From assembly GCF_000284115.1 (NCBI RefSeq), contig NC_017080.1, forward strand, positions 2,100,001-2,132,000: a DNA stretch of 32,000 bases, written 5' to 3'. The notes beneath the pieces were generated by a model. It was given only the letters and a program-made list of their open reading frames with translations. It did not search any database and had not been told where the DNA came from. How positions within the stretch are numbered: position 1 is the first letter of the stretch; each line of letters starts with the position of its first letter. Positions 23,525 through 31,212 of this stretch are shown in pieces. Origin of the DNA: Phycisphaera mikurensis NBRC 102666. Its GTDB lineage: Bacteria; Planctomycetota; Phycisphaerae; Phycisphaerales; Phycisphaeraceae. The translations under genes and the position numbers were made by a program.

Positions 23525-24325
23525 ATGAAGCCACTCCTCATCTGTTCCGTGCTGTGCCTGGCGGCGCCCGTGGTGCCCGCCGCCGCTCAGGTCGTTCTGC
23601 AGGACGGATTCGCGGTCGATGGGGAAGGGTTCCTCGATGATGTGAACGAGTCGGTTCTGGAGCGGCAGGAAGGCTCCGCCGCTCCTCTTCTGTACGAAGC
23701 CTCCACGGCGGGCGGCAGCAACGCCAACGCGGCGCTCCTGGATCCGCGGGCCGCGGCCTTCGGCAACGACGCCTGCCTGCTGCTCCGCACCACCGGCTCG
23801 CCCGGAGGCGGGGCGAGCGAGACAGCGGTTCGGGCCGGCGGGATCGCCGGCCTGCAAGGCAAGCGGTACGAGGTCGGCTTCGAGTTCCACATGGCCTTCG
23901 CTCCCAAAGCAGGCGAAGACCGCTCGCTCACGTTCGCGCTGGGGGCGGAGGGCGGGGACTCGCCCGGTGTGCCCGCGCTCTTGGTGGAGCTCCGCGAAGA
24001 CGGCTCGTACACGCTTCTGGCGAACGGGAAGCCCGCCGTGCCCGACGGCCCGGAGTTCACGCTCCGCAAGGGCGAGATCGGCTCGCTGCGCATCGTGATC
24101 GACGAGAGCGCAGCCCCGGCGGAGGCCGTTGCCACGCTGCGAACGCTCAGCGGCGGATCGACGGCGACGCTCCCGCCGGTCGAGATCGAGCTGCCCACGG
24201 ATCAGGCCGATCGCGGCCTCGAGCTCCGCGCCAGCCAGGCGGGCGCCAAACGTCCCGGCGGCAGCGTCGGCGACTTCCGGATCGACAACCTCTCGATCAC
24301 TCTCGCGCCCGCGGAGCCGGGCTGA
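23525..24325 (+). CDS. secreted paralog of the PEP-CTERM protein, lacking the TM/Arg anchor
   Basis: Track ORF 23411..24325. Start placed at ATG 23525 (MKPLLICSVLCLAAPVVPAAAQ, signal peptide). It ends ...GGSVGDFRIDNLSITLAPAEPG*, stopping where the paralog continues into its PEP-CTERM helix. Confidence 0.75.
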   Translation: MKPLLICSVLCLAAPVVPAAAQVVLQDGFAVDGEGFLDDVNESVLERQEGSAAPLLYEASTAGGSNANAALLDPRAAAFGNDACLLLRTTGSPGGGASETAVRAGGIAGLQGKRYEVGFEFHMAFAPKAGEDRSLTFALGAEGGDSPGVPALLVELREDGSYTLLANGKPAVPDGPEFTLRKGEIGSLRIVIDESAAPAEAVATLRTLSGGSTATLPPVEIELPTDQADRGLELRASQAGAKRPGGSVGDFRIDNLSITLAPAEPG

Positions 24326-24370
24326 CCCCGCTCCACGACGGCCCACCTCCCCTCTCAATCGGACTCCGCC

Positions 24371-25108
24371 ATGACTCCCCGCCCCACCCATCGAAGCGCT
24401 TTCACGCTCATCGAGCTGCTCGTGGTGATCAGCATCATCGCGCTCCTGATCGGCATCCTCCTGCCGGCGCTGGGCGCGGCACGCAAGGCGGCCCGCGACG
24501 CCCTGTGCGGCAACAACCTGCGCCAGCAGTCCGTCGCGATCCACGCCTACGCGGCGGACGAGAACGGCTACTTCGTGCCGGCCGCGCCGCTGGGCCGCTA
24601 CCCGATCGGCGACTTCAGCCTCAACGCCAGTTCCGCCCCGGGCGACGTCACCTACGCCCAGCCGCTGCTCTGGCTGCGCGACTACCACACCGAGATCGAG
24701 GGCTTCTACTGCCCCGCCAAGGAGTACGGGGTGGCACGGGTGGAGCTGATCGACGGCTACCGCGATGAGTTCAAGGCCGAGAATTGGAACCGCGTCATCG
24801 TGAGCTACCCGGTTTGGACCAACTACCGCAGCAGCGCGTTCAAGCCGGTCCTCAAGGACGCCCTGGATCGCGGCGAGGTCTTCGCCGAGAAGAACACCGC
24901 GCCGTCGGATCAGCTGCTGATCTCCGACCTGGTGGCCCGCCGCAACGCCGTCTGGACCGAGTGGTCCAACCACCTCAACGGCGCCGAGACCGAGCCCTCC
25001 GGCGGCCGCTTCGGTACGGCCGACGGCGCGGTCCACTTCCGCGAGTTCGACCTGCTCGAGAACCAGATGGGCTCGGCGCTGCCGGGCGGGATCTGGCTTT
25101 ACTTCTGA
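24371..25108 (+). CDS. prepilin-type N-terminal cleavage/methylation domain protein (type II pseudopilin-like, DUF1559-like)
   Basis: [38 protein letters not shown]... C-terminal [13 protein letters not shown] resembles the DUF1559 ADGSVRF motif. Confidence 0.9.
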   Translation: MTPRPTHRSAFTLIELLVVISIIALLIGILLPALGAARKAARDALCGNNLRQQSVAIHAYAADENGYFVPAAPLGRYPIGDFSLNASSAPGDVTYAQPLLWLRDYHTEIEGFYCPAKEYGVARVELIDGYRDEFKAENWNRVIVSYPVWTNYRSSAFKPVLKDALDRGEVFAEKNTAPSDQLLISDLVARRNAVWTEWSNHLNGAETEPSGGRFGTADGAVHFREFDLLENQMGSALPGGIWLYF

Positions 25109-25151
25109 ACCTAGACGCGGAACGCTCCGCTCCCTCCTGCCCCGGTATCGC

Positions 25152-26666
25152 ATGCGCCTCCCGAATCGTTTCTCGCTCCCTGGTTCCGTTGCCCGCGGGC
25201 TCCTCCTCGCCTGCATGGCCGCCGTCCCGCCGATGGCCGCGGCGGCCGAGGCGGCGGCGGAACGCAAGCCCAACGTCATCGTCGTCTTCACCGACGACCA
25301 GGGCTGGGCGGACCTGGGTGCCCACGGCGTCCGCGACGACGTCAAGACGCCGCACCTGGACGCGCTGGCCGCGGGCGGGGCGCTGATGCGGGCGGGGTAC
25401 ATCACGGCTCCGCAGTGCTCGCCCTCGCGGGCGGGGCTGATCACCGGCCGCTACCAGGAGAAGCTGGGCTTCGACAACATCTCCAAGGGGCCGCTGCTGC
25501 TCGAAGAGGTGACGCTCGCCGAACGCCTGCGCGACGCGGGCTACGCGACGGGCATGATCGGCAAGTGGCACCTCGAGCCCAACGCCGCGACCACCGAGTG
25601 GTCGCGGGCGAACGTGCCCGCCGACCAGCTCAAGCCGGTGCCCAACAACAAGCACTTCCTGCAGGTCCCCCCTGCGGTGCAGATGGAGTTCTTCCCCGAG
25701 CACCAGGGCTTCACCGACATCTTCAAGGGCGAGCTGGACACCTACTGGGTCAACTACGGCCTCGACGGCGAGCCGATCGCGGACTTCGCCTGGCAGACGC
25801 ACGGCGGCTACCGGATCGACACGCAGACGGCCGCGGCGGAGGCCTTCATCGAGCGGCACCCCGATGACCCCTTCTTCCTGTACCTCAACTACTACGCGCC
25901 GCACGTGCCGATGGAGGCGACGCCGGCGTACCTGGAGCGCTTCCCCGGCGAGATGGCGGAGCGTCGCCGCTACGGGCTGGCGATGATGGCCGCCGTGGAC
26001 GACGGCGTGGGCCGCATCGTCGAGACGCTCGACCGCCACGGCCTCCGCGAGGACACGCTGATCTTCTACATCAGCGACAACGGCGCGCCGCTGCTGGGCA
26101 AGGAAGACCTGCCGATCAGCTTCCGCGGCGGCGCCTGGGACGGCTCGCTGAACGACCCCTGGGCCGGCGAGAAGGGGATGCTCACCGAGGGCGGCATCCG
26201 CGTGCCCTACATCGTGAGCTGGCCCGGGCGGGTGCGCCCCGGCCAGGTGATCGACGAGCCGGTGATCGCGCTGGACGTCGCGCCCACGGCGCTGGCGGCG
26301 GCGGGCGAGCCGCCGGTGGAGCTGCTCGACGGGATCGACCTGCTGCCTCACCTCGCCGGCGACGCGGCCTGGCCCGAGCGCCCGCTGTACTGGCGCTTCT
26401 GGGGCCAGGCCGCCGTGCGCGACCGGGACCACAAGTTCCTCCGCCTCAGCGACGGGCGGCGCTACCTCTTCGACATGAACGCCGACGACCCGGAGTCGGC
26501 GAGCGTCCACGCCGAGCACCCCGAGGTGCTCGAGCGGCTGGAGGCGCAGCTCTCCAGCTGGACCCGCGGGCTCCAGCCCGCTGGCCTCCCCGGGGGAGCG
26601 CTCAACGTTCAGGAGCGGGAGTGGTTTGGCGAGCGGCACCTCGTCGGCGTCGAGCCGCTGCGCTGA
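25152..26666 (+). CDS. Cys-type (formylglycine) sulfatase
   Basis: Signal peptide. Motifs: PNVIVVFTDDQGWADLG, APQCSPSRAGLITGRY (C-x-P-x-R), IGKWHLE, ISDNGAP. Confidence 0.9.
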   Translation: MRLPNRFSLPGSVARGLLLACMAAVPPMAAAAEAAAERKPNVIVVFTDDQGWADLGAHGVRDDVKTPHLDALAAGGALMRAGYITAPQCSPSRAGLITGRYQEKLGFDNISKGPLLLEEVTLAERLRDAGYATGMIGKWHLEPNAATTEWSRANVPADQLKPVPNNKHFLQVPPAVQMEFFPEHQGFTDIFKGELDTYWVNYGLDGEPIADFAWQTHGGYRIDTQTAAAEAFIERHPDDPFFLYLNYYAPHVPMEATPAYLERFPGEMAERRRYGLAMMAAVDDGVGRIVETLDRHGLREDTLIFYISDNGAPLLGKEDLPISFRGGAWDGSLNDPWAGEKGMLTEGGIRVPYIVSWPGRVRPGQVIDEPVIALDVAPTALAAAGEPPVELLDGIDLLPHLAGDAAWPERPLYWRFWGQAAVRDRDHKFLRLSDGRRYLFDMNADDPESASVHAEHPEVLERLEAQLSSWTRGLQPAGLPGGALNVQEREWFGERHLVGVEPLR

Positions 26667-26757
26667 AGCCCGTCCTGCCGTCGGCGGACGCGTCCGAGCG
26701 GCCACCGGCGAGATCCGCACGGCGGGAGCCATCCCCGTGCAAACCCTGAAAGAACCC

Positions 26758-28848
26758 ATGCACGCCGACGTTTCTCCCGCCCGCGTCGCGGCGCTCCTGA
26801 TCGCCGCCTTTCTCCTGCTCCTGCCCGCACCGCCGGCGGCGGCGGAGGAAGCCGCGCCCGCCCGGAGCATCGACCGCATCGCCGCCGGGCCCGAAACGCT
26901 GCGGATCCGCCTGTCGGGCGGCAACGACCGCGAGCGTTTCCGCCTCGTCGCCCTGCACGCCTGGGAGCCCGACGACGCGGTCGGCACCCTCGTCCACGCG
27001 GGCCCGGGCGGGGAGGAGACGGTGGAGATCCCACGCCGCCTCGGCGACCGGGACCTGCTCTTCAGCCGCTTCCTGGTCGAAGGCGACCGCAGGCGGCCCG
27101 CGCGGTGGGCGACCTCGCTGGAACCGCCGGCGGAGGGCACGCAGATCCGCTGGCCCGCCGCGCGCAAGGGCGTCGCCGTGCCCGACAGCATCGACGACGC
27201 GGTGGAGCTGGGCTCGGCGCACGTGACCGTCAACGTCGAGCTCGGCTCGCTGCTGCTCCCGCCCGGGGCCGAGGATCCGCCGGCCGCGTTCATCGTGAAC
27301 CGCGACGGCCAGCGGCTCCGCTTCGACCCCGCCACCGTGCGCCACTGGGACGAACAGATCGGCGAGATGACCCGACGCGGCCTGCACGTGACGGTCGTCT
27401 TTTTGAATCAGCTGCAGAAGGTCGCCGCCGCGAAGGGCGTCATCCACCCCGCCACCAATGTCGAGGAGGCGCTCTTCGACCTGGGCGCTTTCAACCTCAC
27501 CGATGCCCGCGGCGTGGCCAGCTACACGGCCGTGCTGGGGTTCCTGGCCGAGCGCTACAGCCGCGCGGACCGGAGATACGGCCACGTCGGCGGCTACATC
27601 GTCGGCAACGAGATCGACTCGCACTGGACCTGGCACAACATGGGCGAGGCCGACCTGGCCGCGGTGGCCCGACAGCACGAGCGGGAGCTGCGGCTGGCCT
27701 GGCTGGCGGTCCGCGAGCACGCGCCCGGCGCCCGCGTCTTCACCTCGCTCACCCACAGCTGGAGCCGGCCCAACGCCCGGGCGCCGCTGCGGAACACCGC
27801 CGGCCGGGAACTGCTCGAAGCGCTCACCCGCCTCAGCCGCGCCGGCGGGGACTTCGACTGGGACATCGCCCACCACCCCTACCCGCAGAATCTCTTCGAC
27901 CCCCGCTTCTGGGACGACCAGCTCGCGATGTTCGGCTTTGACACGCCGATGATCACCTTCGCGAATCTGGAGTTGCTGCCGGCCTTCCTCGCCCGCCCGG
28001 AGATGCTCTGCAACGGCGAGCCCCGCCGGGTGATCCTCTCCGAGCAGGGCTTCCACACGCTGCCCGGCGTGGAGGGCGAGCGCCTCCAGGCCGCGGCCCT
28101 CGCGCTGGCGGCCTACCGCATCTTCCGCATCGACGGCATCGATGCCTTCATCCTTCACCGCCACGCCGACGCGGCCGGTGAGGGCGGGCTGCTGCTGGGT
28201 CTCCGCCACCTCGCGCCCGCGCCGGGCGAGCTGGGCCCCAAGAAGCTCGCGTGGGACGTGTTCCGGGCGATGGAGACGCCGGCCTTCGAGTCCTCCGCCG
28301 CCTTCGCCCTGCCTTACGCGGGCCACGAGCGTTGGGAGGAGGCGGCGCCGCGGCCGGGTCCGTTTCCCGAGCACGCACCCGAGTGGGCGGGCTTCAAGCG
28401 GCGGGAGGCGCCCCTGGTGGACCTCACCGCCGCCGCCGACCAGGCCCGCTTCGAAAACGACCTCGACCACGGCGTGAAGCTGCTCTCGCTGCCCGACGGC
28501 GGCATGGCCGATGCGCTGTACCTGCACCCCAACACGCCCGATGGTCCCGCGGCGGCGGCTGTGTTCGCGGTGGACCTCGGCGACGCCGAAGCGCCCGAGC
28601 TGGCCTTCTCCCCCTACGTGGCCAAGCCCGGCAGCGACGGCGTGCTCTTCCGCGTCCGCGTCGATGGGGAGGAGCTGCTCGCCGCGCCGGTCCGCTTCGG
28701 CTCGATGCAGGAGCAGCGGGTCGACCTCTCCGCCTTCGCCGGCCGCCGGGTCGAGCTGCGGCTCGAGACCGAGCCGGGCGCGACCAGCGCCTACGACGAG
28801 GCGTACTTCGTCAGCCCCGCCGTGGTCCGCGGGAGGAGGAGCGACTGA
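26758..28848 (+). CDS. secreted uncharacterised clan GH-A-like glycoside hydrolase candidate (paralog of 13142..14923) with an extra N-terminal domain
   Basis: Track ORF 26626..28848. Start placed at ATG 26758 (MHADVSPARVAALLIAAFLLLLPAPPAAA). Motifs shared with the paralog: GYIVGNEIDSHWTWHNMG, HHPYPQNLFDPRFWDD, RRVILSEQG, DAFILHRH, GPFPEHAPEW. About 110 additional N-terminal residues. C-terminal VLFRVRVDGEELL...VELRLETEP...DEAYFVSP is beta-sandwich-like (NPCBM-like by eye). Confidence 0.8.
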   Translation: MHADVSPARVAALLIAAFLLLLPAPPAAAEEAAPARSIDRIAAGPETLRIRLSGGNDRERFRLVALHAWEPDDAVGTLVHAGPGGEETVEIPRRLGDRDLLFSRFLVEGDRRRPARWATSLEPPAEGTQIRWPAARKGVAVPDSIDDAVELGSAHVTVNVELGSLLLPPGAEDPPAAFIVNRDGQRLRFDPATVRHWDEQIGEMTRRGLHVTVVFLNQLQKVAAAKGVIHPATNVEEALFDLGAFNLTDARGVASYTAVLGFLAERYSRADRRYGHVGGYIVGNEIDSHWTWHNMGEADLAAVARQHERELRLAWLAVREHAPGARVFTSLTHSWSRPNARAPLRNTAGRELLEALTRLSRAGGDFDWDIAHHPYPQNLFDPRFWDDQLAMFGFDTPMITFANLELLPAFLARPEMLCNGEPRRVILSEQGFHTLPGVEGERLQAAALALAAYRIFRIDGIDAFILHRHADAAGEGGLLLGLRHLAPAPGELGPKKLAWDVFRAMETPAFESSAAFALPYAGHERWEEAAPRPGPFPEHAPEWAGFKRREAPLVDLTAAADQARFENDLDHGVKLLSLPDGGMADALYLHPNTPDGPAAAAVFAVDLGDAEAPELAFSPYVAKPGSDGVLFRVRVDGEELLAAPVRFGSMQEQRVDLSAFAGRRVELRLETEPGATSAYDEAYFVSPAVVRGRRSD

Positions 28849-28927
28849 AACCAGCACTTCGCTTCCACCGCTTCCCGTCTCTTCGGCCCCGCCGCGCGGC
28901 GGGTCCGCCCCTTCCTGGAGTCTTCTC

Positions 28928-29827
28928 ATGCGTCATGCCTCTCTCGCCCTGACCCTTCTCGTCCTGCTGGCCGGCTCGCCCGCGCGAGCCTTCCAGGTGC
29001 TCTTCCACACCGGCGAGCCCCAGAACATCGCGCAGCTGGAGCAGGCCGATTCCTCCTGGGCGTACTCACGAAACAACGCGGACGGCCTCTACCTGATCCA
29101 CGCCACCATCGCGACCTATCCCGGGCCGGTCGCCGCGCTCATCGACAACTTCCCGCGGAGCGTCTTCGCCAACTCCGTGGTGGAGGTGCCCTACGCGGCG
29201 GCGACGCTGCGGACGCCTTACCCCCGGCACATCGACGTGCTCTCGCGGGTCCTCAATGCGCCCCCGACGCTCGCGCTGTGGTACCACGCCGGCGCCCCGG
29301 CGGCGGGCCGCGGCCTGGGGAGCACGCTCAGCGGCAGCGAGTTCGATCAGGTCGAGGCGAGGAGCCCCGTGGCCAGCAACGGCATCCTCATGCGGGCCTG
29401 GGGCAAGCCCAACCGCGAGCGGGTGCAGGCGCTACGCCCCGCGGCGGTGGTCTTCGAGTTCAACAGCAGCTCGAGCAACGCCTTCTGCCTGGAGCTGGCC
29501 AAGGGCACCAAGTGGCTGCTGGACGCCGGGTACAAGGTCGTCTGGCTCATCGCCCCCGGCGAGTCCGACACCGACCCGGCCGACCCCGCCGACTGGCGGA
29601 GCCACGTGAACCAGGTCAACCGCTGCGTGACGCTCATGAGCCAGGAGGTCGGGCGGCAGACCCGCATGCGCAGCGACCGGCTGATGATCTGCCCGGGCGG
29701 CTACGACAAGGGCGTGCAGCTGCTGCCCGAGACGGTGGTGCAGGGCGGCGACACGCGGGCGGCCAACACGGTGGCCGGCGCGGTGCGGCAGCTGCTGCTC
29801 CGGCGGCCGTTGCTCGAGGGCCGCTGA
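28928..29827 (+). CDS. hypothetical secreted protein (~299 aa), possible (beta/alpha)8-like pattern, no recognised family
   Basis: Track ORF 28511..29827. Start placed at ATG 28928 (MRHASLALTLLVLLAGSPARA, signal peptide), with GGAG 7 nt upstream. There are eight short hydrophobic strand-like segments (QVLFHTGE, LYLIHAT, VVEVPYA, LALWYHAG, ILMRAWG, VVFEFNS, VVWLIAPGE, LMICPGG). Confidence 0.65.
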   Translation: MRHASLALTLLVLLAGSPARAFQVLFHTGEPQNIAQLEQADSSWAYSRNNADGLYLIHATIATYPGPVAALIDNFPRSVFANSVVEVPYAAATLRTPYPRHIDVLSRVLNAPPTLALWYHAGAPAAGRGLGSTLSGSEFDQVEARSPVASNGILMRAWGKPNRERVQALRPAAVVFEFNSSSSNAFCLELAKGTKWLLDAGYKVVWLIAPGESDTDPADPADWRSHVNQVNRCVTLMSQEVGRQTRMRSDRLMICPGGYDKGVQLLPETVVQGGDTRAANTVAGAVRQLLLRRPLLEGR

Positions 29828-29886
29828 GCCGAAGCCCGCGAGGCGCAGGTCGCCCGGCGGTGGGGGGGCTGACCGCGGCCGCGGCT

Positions 29887-30963
29887 TCAGCGGGCGGCCG
29901 CGGCGACGCTATCGCGTTCGTGCAGCACGGGCTGGATCACCCCCAGCAGCGCATCGTCCGGCGGCTTTTCGCCCACTGGCTCCGCCGCCTTGCCGACGCC
30001 GATCAGGCGGAGGGCGGCGTTGACGTGCTCGCGGATGCCGCAGTCCAGCGCCGTCATCCGCAGCGGCTGGACCTCGCTGCGGCCGGTGCCGCCGTACGCG
30101 ATCAACGAGAGCTCTTGCGGAACCCGAATCCCCGCCCGGGCGGCGGCCCCCGCGGCCGCATAGGCGAGCTCTTCGCCGATCACCAGCCAGCCGGTGGGGC
30201 CCGCCGGCTCGCTGCGGAAGCGAGCGAGCATCTCGTGGTACCCGGTGACCTCCACGGGCACCTCCGGCGAGCGACGCACCCGCAGCAGATCCGGCGACCC
30301 GGCCGCCTCGCCGCGGCCCAAGCCGATCGCCTCGCCCCAGACGCGGATCTCGTTCTCCAGCGTCGCGGATCCGAATTCGCCGTCGAGCACGACGAGCCCG
30401 ATGCGGCGGTGGCCGTGCTCGCGGAGGTGGGCGACGCAGAGGTTGATCCCGCGCTCGTCGTCGCAGACCACCGAAGGCACGCCGGTCTGCTCGAGCCGGA
30501 CCCCCAGCGACGCGACGCGGCCCCGGGCGCGGGTCATCGCCTGCCGCACCTCATCGAGCGGGTCGAAGTGCGCCCCGATCACCAGCGCCCGCTCCCCGCC
30601 CTCGATGGCGGCCACCGCGATGTGCTCGTCGCCAACCATCATCCGGATGATCCGGGGATCCAGGCCGTGGGCGCGGGCCGCGGCGATCCCGTCGTGAACG
30701 AAGGCCGTCGCCTGCGTCGTGTCCTCGGGCCCGTAGATGAGGCAGAGGCGGTCGCCGACGCGGTCCGCCGCCACGCCGGGCCGCACGAACACGCCGCGTG
30801 GCTTCCGCTTCTCCACCAGCCCGTTGATCGTCAGCCGCTTGACCGCCTGCCGCACGGTGTTGCGGTGGAACCCGTACCGGTCGGAGAGTTCCTGCTCGGT
30901 CGGAAGCTGGTCCCCCGGCCGCAGGCCGCCGGCCCGCAGCTCCCGCAGCAGGTCTTCGTACAC
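29887..30963 (-). CDS. AraR-like transcriptional regulator (GntR wHTH plus LacI-type sensor), paralog of 14948..16027
   Basis: GTG start at 30963 in the track ((M)YEDLLRELRAGGLRPGDQLPTEQELSDRYGFHRNTVRQAVKRLTINGLVEKRKPRGVFV). About two-thirds identical by eye to the other regulator over the first ~190 aa. The YGFHRNTVRQAV helix is identical. The start codon is uncertain (see findings). Confidence 0.85.
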   Translation of the reverse strand: MYEDLLRELRAGGLRPGDQLPTEQELSDRYGFHRNTVRQAVKRLTINGLVEKRKPRGVFVRPGVAADRVGDRLCLIYGPEDTTQATAFVHDGIAAARAHGLDPRIIRMMVGDEHIAVAAIEGGERALVIGAHFDPLDEVRQAMTRARGRVASLGVRLEQTGVPSVVCDDERGINLCVAHLREHGHRRIGLVVLDGEFGSATLENEIRVWGEAIGLGRGEAAGSPDLLRVRRSPEVPVEVTGYHEMLARFRSEPAGPTGWLVIGEELAYAAAGAAARAGIRVPQELSLIAYGGTGRSEVQPLRMTALDCGIREHVNAALRLIGVGKAAEPVGEKPPDDALLGVIQPVLHERDSVAAAAR

Positions 30964-31212
30964 GAGTTCGTGCTTCGCCTTGGTTCTCGATCGCGATCGG
31001 CTTCTCCTGATGGTGCGGCCTCTTGGATGCGACGAGAGAGGGATCCGGCCCGGCTGATTCCGGATGCGATCCGGGCCGCTGGCGGGTCCGAGGGCGAGCG
31101 GGCTCGGCTCCGGAAGAGAAGCACGGGGCCTCGGCCAGGCCCAGCCTACCTCCCACGCGACGGCGTTGGCTGCGATCGCGGGGCCCGCGGGCGCGAGCAG
31201 CCCAGCGGTCTC

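Noticed and set aside
23507-28929. Three long minus-strand ORFs (23507..25444, 24975..27335, 26602..28929)
   Set aside because: They are antisense to five well-supported plus-strand genes (pseudopilin, sulfatase, GH-A-like and others). The translations have no motifs and extreme Arg/Gly/Pro content.
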